Shown in pieces: positions 1-14,040 of a stretch of DNA of 64,000 nt. The notes under the pieces are model-generated. The model was not told the origin of the DNA. It saw nothing but the letters and a program-made list of their open reading frames with translations, and did no database searches. Source of the DNA: Camelus dromedarius (lineage: Eukaryota); the NCBI RefSeq assembly GCF_036321535.1, contig NC_087437.1:33978001-34042000 (forward strand), written 5' to 3'. Each line of letters begins with the position of its first letter. The first letter of the stretch is position 1. The translations under genes and the position numbers were made by a program.

Positions 1-74
1 AGTCTCTCCATGTAGGAACCTGCAGCTGCCTGCGGGAAAGGGTTATGTGGTCAAGGGGCAGGGGAGGCAGGTGA

Positions 75-111
75 ACACACACACACAGACACACACACAC
101 AGGCACACACA

Positions 112-162
<51 letters not shown>
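75..162. repeat. Interrupted (CA)n microsatellite
   Basis: About 88 bp of AC repeats with a few GA/GG interruptions; the right half is pure. Confidence 0.98.
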
Positions 163-165
<3 letters not shown>

Positions 166-3100
166 GGCCTGAGGAGTGTGTGGCCCCTCCAAGCAGGAAG
201 GCGGAGTGAGGGGGCTGTGTTGTGTCTGCTTTCATAGGGGCTGGGGCCAGCCACAAGTTGTCACTGTCCTTTGGAATGTTACTTGGCTTGCCAACATCCA
301 GCTCTTTTGTTTGCTTGTTTTTTAGTGAGGGAGCAGCTTTTTGGCTCGGGAGTTTCCCTCTTTAAAGAGCCTGGTGGAATTGCGAAGGCTCTGAGAGCGG
401 GCGCGCGGTGTGGAAGTTCCAGCAGGAGGGAGTGAGTTACGGTTGACTGGTGAGAGGTGGAAATGACCTGGGGGACACAGGCCACTCAAGCTGTGAAATG
501 GGGGCGGTCAGGAGGAGCAGTTGGAGAGATCTCACAGACTAGAAATGGTGAGGAAAGGGGTGTGAGACTCTTGTAAAAATGGAAAAGGAAGGGATGTTGG
601 CATGTTAGAATGTTCAAAATTCGCTGACTGATTGAATAATCTGAATTTTCAAAACTAAACTGGTTGTGGGCTCCAGGCACAGTGTTGTCAGCAATGGGAG
701 GAATTCTCATAAGGAGGGCTTCCCGGCTCTCAGTCACTGCCTTTGGGTGGCCTGGCTTGGCTGACAGGATCAGTGATTTCCTCTTAAGCCTTGTTCAGAT
801 TTCCCAGAATTCTTTTACTAATGACACGTTCAATGTGTTGTGGATTTTGATACTACTAACTGAACGTTTCTTTCAACAAAACCCATATAATCAGATTGAA
901 AACCATGTATTTTCTAGACCAAAATGTTTTGACTAGCTGCTCCAATGTATGTACTCCCTTTAATCTCATTAGCTGTTGTGTGGGGACGGGACAGCGGGGC
1001 AGCGCCCATCTCTATATTCTGCATGTCTTCCTCCTGTAGATATTCATGGGTTCACGGCACCAGTTACCCTTCCTTATAGCACCCAGATTCCTTTTAGGGG
1101 CTTACCTCTTCCCTGCTGTGTGTGATTTTGGGGGGAGGGCGTCACTAGTGGCTGATTCATGCTCTGGGAGCCTCAGCCCCAGATTCCCCCTCCCTTGGCC
1201 CTGCTGCAGGTGGAAGGGCTCCCCCGGGACTCTGAGCCTAGCACACTTGCTCAAGGCCCTCAGCAGCAGTGGGAGCCTCCTCGCGGGGTGACTTCTCCCG
1301 AGCCCTGCCCACGAAGGGACCACGGCCCTGGCCTCTGCTTCCCAACCTCCCCTGCCTCCCTTGGTTCCTCAGCGTCCGCCTCCAGTTGATTCTGTGGGCT
1401 TCAGTCAGTCAGCATTAGTTTTATTGCTTTCAAATTGGGAACCCTGACTGATAACAGCAGCAGTCTCTTGACTTCTGCCTCAGATTCAAACATGACAGTT
1501 GTGGGCCCAATAGCACTAGGAAGACGTCTTTAAGGTGTCTTTGAGTCTTTCACAGAATCATTGGATATCAAAGGTGGAATGGACCTTAGAGTTCTTCTGG
1601 CCCAGGGCAGGGTGACTCATGCTGGGCACAGTCCCCTTCATTTTACAGGTGAGGAAATAACCACACAGGATGAAAGAGACTTTCAGGGTGTCATAAACAG
1701 AACACGCCACATTGGCATCCTGCACCAACACCTCATGACTCATCTGCCCCGGGCATCTTGTCCTCACATCCTCCTTCTGCTTCCCTGTTCCTGTGACCCT
1801 TGGTACCAATTTATAGGGTGACTGGCCAGAATTTGAAGGCAGCATCTGTGGCCTTGGAGAGGGTCAAAGCTCACTGGACCACAGTGGGATTCAGTCTATG
1901 GCTGGTGGTGGTGTAACCCATATTCAAATACTGAGCTGAAAGACACCCTCTGATGCCAGTCCAGACGTGTCCTCTTGATGCAGCTCAGATGTTGCATAAG
2001 GAGGTGGTTATCAGCAGGCTCTGAAATCAGACAGGCCTGGCCCACAATAGTAGTAGTAACCCCCTTATGATTAGGGGCATAAAAATAACTAGTATTATGG
2101 TATAAACCTCATGTTTTTAATGTGAATTAAAGACTGTCTTCTAAACATCCCTTATTTTATAGAAATTGTGCTTTTATGGCATCTAAGCATAGAGAGTCTT
2201 GGAGCTTTGAAAGGATACATTTTCTGAATTCATTTTGGAGCAAGAGCTATATTTTAAAATTGCTTGTGTGAAGCTTTTCAGCAAAGTGAAAAGTCCACAA
2301 AGTGAAGTCTGCCAAGACTTTCCTTAATGTATGTCATTATTCTTTCTTCATAGCTTTATTCAGTCGGTGAATATATATTGCACGTCTGCTGCGTGTTAGG
2401 GATGGCAGACGAAGATGCACGCAAGTAACGTGCAGCTGCCGTGCCGTGGGGCTTCTGGCCTTCCTGGAGCTTGCAGTCCAGTGGGGGAGACTCACGTGAA
2501 TCACATCAGCACACGAGTGTGGCAGGTGCTGCGGAAGGGGGCCCCGATGCTGTCAGAGCCCGAGAGATAGGCACTAGACCTGTTTCAATGAGAAAAACAA
2601 TAGCTGTTTCTTACTGAGAGTGTTCTGAGCAGGCACTGAGCTGGCCGCTGTTCGTTTCTTTGCCAGATACTCACCATGGGGCGGCGTGAACGCTGTTCCT
2701 CCTGTTTTCTAGGTGAGGCAGCTGCAGCGTGTGGTGGGATACCAGAGACCGTGCAGGTCTTGCTGACTCCAAGGGCCATGTGCTCTCTGCTTCGGCGGGA
2801 AACCACCACACCACCTACTTGGAGTGTAGCCCCTCTGACTTTTCATCGCACAATAACTGCTTATGTTTGCTGATGGCTGTGGCCACGGCTGAGCATCTGT
2901 AATCTCTTCATATGTAATATCCACTTAGTCCCGCGTGCTTCTATTTGAGAATTTTTCATCAACAGAAACGTTCCTTTAATTAATTAATTGATAATTAGAA
3001 AGTCATACGAACATAAATGCTTGGCTTTTTGTTTCTTTTCTCAGTTTTGAAGGTTCCTGCTACCACCGCTGTGCTTGCTTTTAATCCTCAAATCCATCCA

Positions 3101-6100
3101 GTTTGTTCAGGCTCAGTCAAGAACTCACCCTGCATATTGGCTTAAAGGGGATGTAATGATCCTCTGGTAGAGCAGAGGCTCACAGAGGGAAAACGGTGCA
3201 TTCCTCCTCTCTTGACACCCAATCCTGAGCCAGCTGCTCCTCATAAAGTGTGTTCTGTGCAGAACAGGACGATGAGTCCCTGAGAGTCCAGGCAACCCTG
3301 AATGGATGGGGTGGGCCTCGGGAGCCCCCACCATCTGGTGGGCAGTGCACTCAGAGAGCCCCCCACCCCCGAAATCCTGGGACCACATTCAGCAGTGGCT
3401 TCATCTGTGCCAGTAGGTCTAATAAAAGAGACTGTCACCTGAAGGACTAGGAGGAGGGACAGGTTGGGCAGGATGAAACAGGGGCTCAAGCTGCAGCTGA
3501 ACCCACTCCCTTCTGGGATTTTTATTTTTATTTTGCCCTTTCATGTACTTACTCACTTACCAGCCATTTATTTACTCAGTAGCTGCACTATGCTAGACAG
3601 TAAGGAGGCAAGAGAGCTGGGATCTTGCCCAAATGGCATATTTATTTTGGTGAGGGAGGTGGACATTAAACAGCTTCCTTGTTAGTTATTTAATATCCGG
3701 GGTAAGTGCTATGAAGGAGAGGTCCAGGAGGCAGCTAGTGGAGGACAGCAGAACGGAGACCCGGAGAGGAGGGAGCCCGGTGCAAGGTGGGATGATCAGA
3801 GCTGCCCCAGCAGGAGGACTGTGGGGCAGGAGGGAGCTTGAAAGGTTTGTGGAAATCAGCCAGAAGGAACCTGAACAAAATCACTCTCTTTCTTAGCAAA
3901 AACATCCCAGGCATTTGGGTCTGTACTTCATTTTTGGAACTTTCCACCACCACTCTTCAAAGCCGTCTTTTTCACAATAAAGTCACATTGGAATTTTCTT
4001 ATAGTAAATTTTTAAAAATTTTATTCTGCAGGGTGTTTCATAGTAGACACAATGCTTGAACTGCCATTCAGAGAATTGGGGTACAGTGGGGAATGGAGCC
4101 TTTTGGGTAAAGAAGAGGGAAGAAGCTATTTGAATTCAATAGTGAATTAATGTTAAACTTCTTATGCTCCAGGAACTTCTTGAGTATTTTGATTTAAAGG
4201 AGTTGGCATATTTGTGGGTTTTTCTGCCCAGGTCTCCTGGATGCTGTGGGCTGGGAATATGTTAAGAACAGAAGTCCCAGCCTTTTCCCTAATAAGCTGT
4301 TTGTACTTTAGACACACTAACCCAGGATGAGGCAGAGGTGCTGAAATGCCAGACGCTGACAGGACTGGGGGCAGGCATTCTGATGCCAGCCATGTGAGCC
4401 CTCGTCCTGGGACTTCCGTTCAGAGACCCCCACAGTGCTTTGCAGGCAGGTCCAGGGAGGTTAGAGAAGCTCCTCCCCTCCCCTCCCCTGCCCATCGGAC
4501 CTGAGATGATTGGATCTGGAGCCTTGGTTAGGAGCTGACGGGTAATTACTGTGTCAGAGCAGGACCAATGAATTGTCTGAGCTGAGGTAAAGCTTAATCC
4601 TCTCTTCTACCCACCCACAATGAAAAGCTGTTGAATGTCAAATGGGGTTTGCCACTTTGAAGTGAAAATGTTTCCTGCCACATATCATCAAGTTGAACAA
4701 GTCCACACCTGTTCGTCTGGTCGTTGGCTAGGAGAAGGAATGAAAGAGAAGAACTGTGTGCCTTTGAGCTAAGGCATTTTAAATACTTATTCACCTTCAC
4801 TGCAGTTTCCCTTTCATCTTGACACTGTAAGTAATGCATGAGCCTTCCCTACGGAACACCGCCGATCTCATTTAAATGGTAAAAACGTCTCCAGCTCAGG
4901 CCCGGTGGCTCCACAAGAAACAGAAAATGTTTTTGTCAGATTGGAGCCTAAGGATTCCCTGTAACGTGGGTACCTCCCATTAGTTTCCATCACTGTGTTC
5001 CTGTAGCCCATGGCTTCTGGACTTTCAGTTATCTTATAGACTAAATGGAAAAGTAAATGGCTTCATAGCATTGTGCTGGGTCTGAGAAAATTGTCCCTAA
5101 ATCTCTATCAAAAGCAAAACTGCAAGTGCTTTAATGTTAAGTAAAAGTCGAACAAACAACCTGCATTTGCTCCTTAGTATGTCTACTTTGCTTTATAACC
5201 TAGAGCCTGAACTAGGGCTAGAGGTTATGAACTAGACGAGTATTGCATTTTTTTATTCTCCAAACACCCTTATCCATTAAAATATTAAAAAAGGTTTTAG
5301 GGTGAGCTCAGAAGTCCATAATACTTTTTTTTTAAAATCACAATTATGTATTATTTGGGTTATACACCTTCCAGGGGCTGTACACTTAAAATGCCATATC
5401 AGAACAGTTGTGCAACTTCTCAATTTGATAGCTTTTCTGAAAAGCGTAACCAGGCTTCCATAAATGTAATGAAAGCTTTTTTTTTTTCACATTAAAGGCA
5501 TGTTATTGGGAGATGGGATGTTTCCTTCTCCCTACATAACTGCACAGTGATTAAATATTGACTAAGAGCCAGGAGTTGACAGCCCTCGGCCTCACGCTGG
5601 TAAATGCTGATGTGTGAGGCTGAATGTAAATACAGAGCCATCCCCGCGGGGCCACGGTTTTCTGATGGGGAGCCGGGAGCAGCGAGTCGTGAGTTATGCA
5701 CGAGGTGTCAAATCCGAGTGCACCATAGAAGGATGTAATTTGAGACAAGTAATCCCCAAAAAAGCAACCCAACTCTGTCAAAAGAAGAATAGATTTTCCT
5801 AATCAATCTGAATAATAAAGGGGATGCTAGTCAGAAGTTTTAACAAAACATCCAAGGTATCCACTGAACATTGCTGCTTCAGAAACAAAAGAACTGTCTG
5901 TCACTGGAACAACTTATTCTTTCACAGACAATGATTACTTGGTTTATACGAAACAGACTGGTTGAAATCATCAGATGTATTTCTGTGATACTCACTTGAT
6001 TAGGAAATTTCAGTACGTCTTCTATAGTTTTCTGGTATGTGTATTTTCTTTATTTATTGTTGTTTTAATCAGTCTGATCATTTAAAACACAATTAGCTGT

Positions 6101-7661
6101 TTCTCTCCCTCTGTGGGCGGGGGAGGGGGTATGAGATGTTTTGCTTAGTTTCTGAAAGAAAATAGTTTTCATTCTATTTTTTCCTGTTAGTAAGGTTTAT
6201 TATAGAACTAATTCTTTTTATTAGAAGACTTTTAAACTCTGCTGCAAATACCTGGAATTTGTTTCAAAAGAATGCCCACCTGGGCTGAAGGAAGGCTGTG
6301 AGCCTCTGCCTAACTTCCAACCCTGTCTGTGGGTGTGGTTGTGGGTTTGGGTTGCCTTTTAAACACTAGAATTTGCTGGGGCACCTTCCTCTAATTTTCC
6401 AGTCCCTGCTCATCCCCCATACGTTCACACACACTAGGCTCAGGCCTGTGTGTTCAGACCTTGGAAGCTGAATGACCATCAGTGGAGGGCCCTGCCCCAG
6501 AGTCTGCCCCTTGCTGAGTTTCAGGCTGAATGGATTCATAGCGAAATGATGAATCCCTTTCTTCAAATTCTGTGTTTTTACGGTGACTGGGGAGCAAATC
6601 CAACAGACTAATTCTTACTGTTTTTCTCCTCCAAAAAAACACCTTCATGGTCGAACTGGGCTTTCCAAGATTCAACCCAAGGACTGAGTGCTGTGTTGAA
6701 GAGGCAGCTGTCAGACCTAAGTCCTCCTTTCTGCCAGCCGTTGCCTCCCCTAGGGCACTGGGACCAGCTCCCCCCAGCTCAGCCTGAACCTGTCAGCCAG
6801 CACGGAGACTCTGGTGTGGTTTCAGTGGAATTTGACTTGGGCTTCAGTAGGTGGAATGGAGAAGGTTAGCCGAGGAATGTTTACCTTTTCCGATTTCATA
6901 GAATTACCATCCCTGAGGTTTCAGAATAGTCTAATGAAGATGACTTTTGACCCATGCACAGAACAGCCCCCTCAGCCTGGAGACCAATTCCTGCCTTTGT
7001 TCTCAGTTAGCCGCCCTGCTGAGTGTCTGCCGCGGAAGTGGAGGGGAGAGCCCGTGACCCAGAGCGCTGTTCCCGTGTCACTCAGGAAAGCACATTTTTA
7101 AAGATTTTTTTAGATTAACGTGTTAAGGCAGACACTAAAATAGGCACTATTTGAGACTAAGTTTTCAATTTCACTCTTTCGAGAAAAACAATGTACTGAT
7201 AAGAATCTAATCCATACAGGGCATAACAGAAATGGCACGGTGCAGTGGCCGTGCTCACGGCGCTAACGCAGCGGGGCCTGTGGGTACAGCAGAATCTTAA
7301 GAGTGGCCTGCCGAGTGCTGAGCACTCTTTCACCGGTAAGAAATTAAACTCAGAAACACGAATCACAATTCCTTGATGTGACTTCCTGCTGGTTCCTCTC
7401 TAGACTCTAGAAGATTCCCGAGGAGAGCTTTATTGCTCACAGGAACTTAGTGGAAGTGTCCTCTAACAGTGTTGACTGTTTTCCAAGAGCCCCCTCTCAG
7501 GGCCAAATTATCCACTTCCCTTTCTCAGGGAGTTTACCGCGGATCATGCATTTATCAAACACACAGAGAGAGCCTAGGCTAGACGCTGAGCCTGCGTATT
7601 GGGGGAAACAGCTAGCACCCTAGTCCTTACGTAAACACATGCATGAAACTGGTGAGCCCCC

Positions 7662-8085
7662 TGTATTAGTCAGGGTTCTCTGGAGAAACAAAACCCACAG
7701 GATGTGTTTCTGTCTGTCTGTCTCTCTAGCTGTCTATCTACAGAGAGAGATTTATTTTAAGGAATTGGCTCTTGTCCAGGCTGGTAAGTCTGAAATCTAC
7801 AGGGCAGGCCACCAGGAGTTGATGCTTCAACTTTGAGTCCAAAGACCGTCTGGAGGCAGAGTTCCTCCCTCATCAGGGGAGCTCAGTTCCTACTCTTAAG
7901 GCCTTTAGTTGATTGGATGAGACTGACCCACATTGTGGAGGGTAATCTGCTTTACACAAAGTCTGTGGATTTAAATCTTAGTCACATCTAAAAACAAATA
8001 CCTTCAGAGCAACATCTAGACTGGCATTTGACCAAACAACTGGGCACCATGGCCAAGCCAAGTTGACACATATAACTACCCATCA
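7662..8085 (-). mobile_element. MLT2-type ERVL solo LTR
   Basis: Begins TGTATTAGTCAGGGTTCTCTGGAGAAAC and ends ...CAAGTTGACACATATAACTACCCATCA, the reverse complement of the MLT2 termini. Internal GATTGGATGAG...CCCACATTGTGGAGGGTAATCTGCTTTAC motif. Confidence 0.85.
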
Positions 8086-8124
8086 GTCCCCTACCGCCAC
8101 CCCCAAATAACTAGGGCATTCAGT

Positions 8125-8300
8125 GTAATGGCTCTCACACTTAGACAGGCATCAGAATCCCCTGCAGCGCTCGTTAAAACAGAATGCTGGCTCCGTCCCC
8201 CTGGTTCAGGAGGTCTGCGACTGAGCCCAAGAATTTGCAGCTCTGTCAGCCCAGGGTGCTGCTGCTCCTCCTGCAGGGACCACGCTCTGAGGACCACTGG
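8125..8300. mobile_element. MER5A-like hAT-Charlie DNA transposon remnant
   Basis: GCATCAGAATCCCCTG...GTTAAAACAGAATGCTGG...CCCAAGAATTTGCA...GGGACCACGCTCTGAGGACCACTG. Confidence 0.7.
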
Positions 8301-9548
8301 TCTGTGTAGTCCAAGGGCTGCCCTGTAGCCTCATGGCTCAGAACCTGATTTTGTAGTCGTAAGAAAGGTGGTCTTATTTCTCACAGATGGACCCAAACAA
8401 ACTAAGATTACATGTGAAACACCAATGCAAATTGACTGATTTATAATAAGAATTAAAGTCACCACATTGAGCAGAGCAATCATGTCAGCTTGAGAGGGGT
8501 CATCTCCCTCAGGGCCGCTGTATGGAACGCTGAGCAATGATCAGGGGGAGCCAGAGAATCAGAGCCAGGGAACGGGGATGAGTGACTGTCTACGCAACCA
8601 CCCTACCACAGGTCGGTCATGTTCTCAGGGCCCCTGGCCAAGGCCCTCTCTCCCCGGACTTTGTACGTGGATAAGATACAGCCATTGTTTGGAGAATGGA
8701 TGCTTTAAGTAGACTGCTTGTTTCTACTGGTCTGAAAGAATGCTTCTCTCTACATTGCAAACTCTACTCAGCAGTGGGGCTCAAAGTCCACAGAGATTGG
8801 AAATACTTTTAGTGAATCATTAAAAATTTAGTTTTTTCTAGTACCTTTTCATTAGCTGTAACATACCCTGTTTTTATGAAAGAGGAACTTGGGCAGCATT
8901 AGGGTTTGTTAATGTGTGTCCTTTACATGTTAGGTTTCCTTTCTTGGCTGTAGTTTGAATGAATTTACAGTCTCCCCTTCAAAGGCTATTTCCATCTGTC
9001 TTTGCACATTAAGGAGATTTGACGGAAAAAACACTTAAACGTTTCATATTTTCAAAACGTTCCATGTCCATTTAGAAGCCATTTTTCTCTCAATTTTGGC
9101 TTTCTGCTGCCATTGTGCTATTTTTAGATTTTACATTAAGAACGGGATTCTTTTCTTAATAAAGACCTTTGAACCAGATTGTGTTGTAAAAAAGTTATGT
9201 TTATAGTGTTTGTTTTAGTGTTCTTTTTTTAGAATCCTGCAATTGCCTTCCTCAGCATGAAAAGTTTGGCCTTTTGAATAAAGATAGACCCTTAAAAATG
9301 GTTCTGAGAAATCAGAATGTGGGCTAAGTCTGTATAACCCCTCCCACCTGGCCTGCCTTGAACTTGTTGTGAAAGACAGTTGAATGAACAGCCTTGGCAC
9401 ATGGGGCCAGCACAGGGGTGTGGGTGGCCGTGGACCTGCTTCTGGGGTGTTGTACACAGACCTCGATGCAGATGAGAAGTAGATCCACACGAGTCTCAGC
9501 GACACGGCGGAGGCAGGTGCATCCTCACGCTTAACCTTCCAACCTCAT

Positions 9549-10035
9549 TGTCATCAGTCCAGGGTCCAGTCAGCAAACAGAAACCATTCTAGGAATTTCA
9601 GGGAGCTGATTCAATACAGGGAGTTGGCTATGCAAGTGAAGAAAGGCTGAACGAGCAAAAAGCGGACACCGTGGTAACCCAGAGACTAGTAACTGGAACA
9701 AGCAGCAACCACCCCTGGAACTGAGGCAACAAATGGGAAGAGATGGGATTACCAGCTTCCTGGGAGGCGCCTCCTGTGGTTGGGGCATAGCCGAGCATGG
9801 GGAGCGTCCCGGGGTGAGGGCGGCATCTGGCAGCCACTGTCAGATCACAGAGGTGTCATCCCAGGGTAGGTTGGTGCTCTCCACAGCTGCTGGGGGAATG
9901 GACCTCACGGAGCACTGCCCTCCCGCCTCTCACCAGCCAGTCTCCCACCAGTGCCTCCCATGGACAGGATCAGGGAACCAGTGGTGAAGGTGCCTGAGAA
10001 ATGTGGTTTGCTGAGGCTCAGCCTTAGTGTTACAG
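9549..10035 (-). mobile_element. Old ERVL/MaLR LTR remnant (MLT1-like)
   Basis: Starts TGTCATCAGTCCAGGGTCCAGTCAGCAAACAGAAACCA, typical of a reverse-oriented old LTR end. Subfamily uncertain. Confidence 0.5.
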
Positions 10036-10639
10036 AGCAAAGTCCGTCCGTGGCTTTCTTTGTTTCCCTTCCTTCCGATGTTGGTCTTTACTCTCAGTTT
10101 TATTCACTTATTTCTATAAAAAAAAACTTAGTATCTCAAGTGAGGGTAATGTTAGTGATAAAGGGACCTCTTATTTATAAGGGACAAGGGAGAAGATCTG
10201 TTCTTCCATTCAGGTGATCCTACCGATGCCCCCCAGTCATTTTTAGGAAATATTTTTATATCAATGAGGGAAACAATCTCAGCTCATTTTTAATATCACA
10301 TTTAAGTTTCTCAGAGAATGGACTGCTGTGTAATATTCTCATTTCACTTTGGAGATTTTAAGTCTTGTTCTTATTTGGATGTAAAAGTACGTCCGCAGAA
10401 TAACTGTTCTGTGTGTGTCTATCTTGTGTCTAGAAAAAAATGACTCATTTTTCTCCGAAAGATTAGAATTCCATGGACGTCACTTTTTGCTGCAGTTCCT
10501 TTGTCTGCTCATTTCTAGAGATGATGGAGTTGGCCAGGGATAGTGTCCTCTTTGTATCAGATTCAGCTGGGTTCAAGGAGCCTTTATAAGGGCTTGTGAA
10601 ATGCCAGGCTGTGCCCTGAAGGCAAGGAGGCAGAGGAGG

Positions 10640-10880
10640 CGGGCAGTGGGGAGAGCGTGGCTTTGGGCTTAGGACAGACTCGGCTTAGAGTTCCAGCTGG
10701 ACCACCCAGGTTTCTCACCCTGTCACGCTCGATTTCCTCATCTATGATAAGAGGCTGAACACTCCTGTCACAGGATTGTTAAGGATTATATGTGATAAAG
10801 CGCTCGACATTGTGTCTGGGACATAGTAACTGCCCCGTAAATGGTACCATGTTGTTGTTTTTGTCATTATTATTATTGAT
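10640..10880 (+). mobile_element. MIR SINE
   Basis: MIR core TTTCCTCATCTATGA...CAGGATTGTTAAGGATTA...ATAAAGCGCTCGACATTGTGTCTGGGACATAGTAA with an (ATT)n-like tail. Confidence 0.75.
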
Positions 10881-11630
10881 AACCATTCATCGTTTTGGTA
10901 GGCTTTTTATATATTATTCAATTTAATAGTAAACTTTGCTTAGATGTCTGTGTTTCGTTTGCACAATTAATCAGCCTTTTAGTTGTTAATGGCCTAGAAG
11001 GGAAGTTTTCTTTCAAAATGAGTAGTTTGCTGGGGGTTTACACAGCTCCTGTTCCTAACTCCAGAAGGGTCTGAGGTGGCTGGCTTCTCATTTATCAGGT
11101 TTTAATAAGAGAATTAAAAATAAGTAACTCGTTTGCTTGAACCATTTTTTTAAGCCTTTGGTTTTCATACTTACGGGTTGACAGTTGGTTCATCAGAACG
11201 GAGATGTGTTGTTGACTTAGGTAGGGAGATGTGTTCTGTTCCCGTGACTAGAGCACTGAATTGAAATTTTGGAAAGGACTTGGATTCTATTTTTAACCAT
11301 GTTGGAGATTTGCCCATAACTATAGACAAGCTATTTTATTCTTTCTGCTTGTTTTAATTTTGTGTTTGCCATTTTCTTGATTCACAGTGGTCTTATAAGA
11401 ATTAATGAGAATGTTTATAAATGGCTTATAGCATATATTTACCTTGGATGAAAAGGGCCGTATGCAAACTATCTCCTACCCTATTTTTGTTGGTACGGGC
11501 AGGGTTCTTAGGGGCAGGTCCCTGTGCATCATAATCCCTGAGAGCCTTCAATATATTCAGATCCAACCCCACCCTAAGATTCTGATTCAGCTGGGACCCC
11601 AACATTAGCATGTGTGTAATGTGTGTGTGG

Positions 11631-11684
11631 TCTGTCTATCTATCTATCTGTCTATCTATCCATCCATCCATCTATCTATCTATC
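11631..11684. repeat. (TCTA/TCCA)n tetranucleotide repeat inside a MER5-like remnant (about 11540-11725)
   Basis: tctgtctatctatctatctgtctatctatccatccatccatctatctatctatc, flanked by AGATTCTGATTCAG and GGTTCTGACATGCAACCAGGGTTGAAAAACACTGG. Confidence 0.85.
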
Positions 11685-11813
11685 AAAGGAGGTTCTGACA
11701 TGCAACCAGGGTTGAAAAACACTGGAATAAAGGATTAAGCCAAAGTGTGTGCTTGGTTCTCTCTCTTCCATTGTGTGAGTTGGCCATGTCATTGCTTATT
11801 GGATATGGGCCGA

Positions 11814-12341
11814 TGTTTTAGTTTCCTACTGCTGCTATGACAAATTACCATAAACCTGGTGGCTTAAAACAACATATTGTCTTACAGCTCTGGAGGCCAG
11901 AAGTCTGAAATGGTCTTATAGGGCTAAAATCAATTACCATAAACCTGGTGGCTTAAAACAACACAGTGTCTTACAGTTCTGTAGGCCAGAAGTCTGAAAT
12001 GGTCTTATGGGGCTAAAAATCAATTTGTTGGCAGAGCCGATACCTTCTGGAGGCTCTAGGGGAGAATCTGTTTCCTTACCTTTTCCAGATTCTAGAGGCT
12101 GCCCGCCCTCCTTGGGTCGTGCCCCCATGTCGTTCCTGCCTCTGCTTGTCATTACATCTCATTCTCCAGCTTTACCTGCTTTGGACCATGTAATTACATT
12201 GGGACCACCTGGATAATCTAGGCTAACCTCTCCATCCCAAGATCTTAACTTAGTCACATCTGTGGGGTCCCTTTGGCATATAAGGAAATGTAGATTAGGA
12301 CATGGACATATTTGGGAGAGGCTATTATTGTGCCTACCACA
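11814..12341 (-). mobile_element. MLT1C/D-type MaLR solo LTR with an internal 89-bp tandem duplication
   Basis: TGTTTTAGTTTCCTACTGCTGCTATGACAAATTACC...GGCTTAAAACAAC...TCTGGAGGCTCTAGGGGAGAATCTGTTTCC...GGCTATTATTGTGCCTACCACA. Confidence 0.88.
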
Positions 12342-13679
12342 GCAAGAAAAAAAAAATCAAATCGTCTCATTTTCCTCACACAGAAACCTCTGAGTCAGCC
12401 ACAGCTTTCCTTCTCTCTGGTTTTGATAGGCAAGAGAAGAATGTTTTGCAAAGGCTAGAAGTGATGATACCATGTTCAAAAACTTGATTTTATTGATTTT
12501 TTTTTAGAAAGCTACCATTTTTTAAATTTTCAGGTGCCTTAGGAACCTGAGATTGCGTAACATTTGAATTTCAGCAGCTCTGAAATGGTACATTGCTAAC
12601 ATTTCCCTCAGGGAGGGTACTTCCCTGCTACTAAAACAGTGATTCTCAACAAGGTATGACTTACTGTTGAATTTATTCCTCCAGTGAGCATTTAGTGAGT
12701 CCCAAGTGTGTGTTTGGCCCCTTGACACAAGAAGACTGGATTCCTGACCTCAGGGTCAGGGTCAAAGAACTCACCCTAGTGGTCCATGTATTTGTATTTC
12801 AGTATAATTGATTTCCTTGTAATCCAGGTTTTTTTTCACTACATGCATGTGAAAAACATCATTCTGAGAAGGGGTCCACAGGCTTCACCAGAGTGCCAAA
12901 GGGGTCCTCTTGACATAAAAGTGATTTACAACTCCCATGAGAGGCCAACAAAGAGGATTCTAATAGAATGATAGGTCTCACCAAAAAGATGATCATGGAA
13001 CGCAGGAAGCTACCCAGGGGGAGGGGAAACTCCTGGCGGGGTTTTCAACTCTAGCTGCTTATTGCAATGATGGGCAGAAGGTGGGTGGTGCCCCTTGCAA
13101 ACCAGTGGCTGGCACCCACCAACAGAGACTCCGACTTGATGGTTCCAGGGACGGCTTTAACATCTGACACAGAAGAAGTGACGCAGAGTGGGAAGAGCTG
13201 AGGGACTTTGGCAGAGGTCAAGGCCCAGTTAAGGAGCTGTAAGTAGTTCTGTAGTGCTGGGACATGGACACGGCCCGTAAGCCCATCAGCTCATCCCGCC
13301 CCATGCCCTAATTCTTCTGTCAAACACTCTCTGCTGAAAACTTCGTGACCTTTGAGTGAGACAGAACCAAACTTAGACACTTGGCAGCCTAACAACCTCT
13401 GTTCCTTCCTTAGCCAGTTCATTTCCTTGTAGGGAAGACAGGTTTCCAGTGGTTGAGAATGTGGGCATGAGCCAGATGGATTGGAGGCTACTCCCAGCTC
13501 TTCCACTTAAATAGCAGTGTGATCTTTGGAAATTTACTCAATCTCCTGCCTCAGTTTCCTCACTAATAATAACTTCCTGGGATAGTTACCAACAACTGAA
13601 TGGGGTAGGTACTCTTACTGGCTTTGTTTACAGATGAAACTTGAGTTATTAAGTAACTCATCCGAGATATCAGAGCTGC

Positions 13680-14040
13680 TGTTATGGCCTAAATGTCTGT
13701 GTCCGTCCGCCCACCACCTCCAATTCACATATTCAAGCCCCAACTCCCAATGTGATGCTTGCAATTAGGAAGTGGGGCTTGGGGTAGCTAATTAGGTTTA
13801 GATAACGATACAGCCCCAATAATGGGATTAATGCCTTATAAGAAGAGAAATAGAAACCAGAGCTCCTTTCTCTGCCATATGAGGATATGGCATAAAGTAA
13901 AGAAGAGGACCCTTCGAAGAACCAAGTATTCTGGCACCTTGCTCTTGGCCTTCCCAGCCCTCAGAATTACGAAAAATTAAAGTCTGTTGCGTAAGTCACC
14001 CATTCTGTGGTAGTTACAACAGCCCAAGTGGACTAAGATA
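13680..14040 (+). mobile_element. MLT1A-type MaLR solo LTR inserted into a MIR
   Basis: TGTTATGGCCTAAATGTCTGTGTCC...CCCAATGTGATG...GGCACCTTGCTCTTGGCCTTCCCAGCC...CAGCCCAAGTGGACTAAGATA. Flanks GCTGC/GCTGG; MIR sequence on both sides. Confidence 0.82.

Noticed and set aside
11843..12021. Direct repeats as a CRISPR-like array
   Set aside because: These are two abutting copies with no spacers inside a mammalian LTR, and there are no cas-like ORFs.
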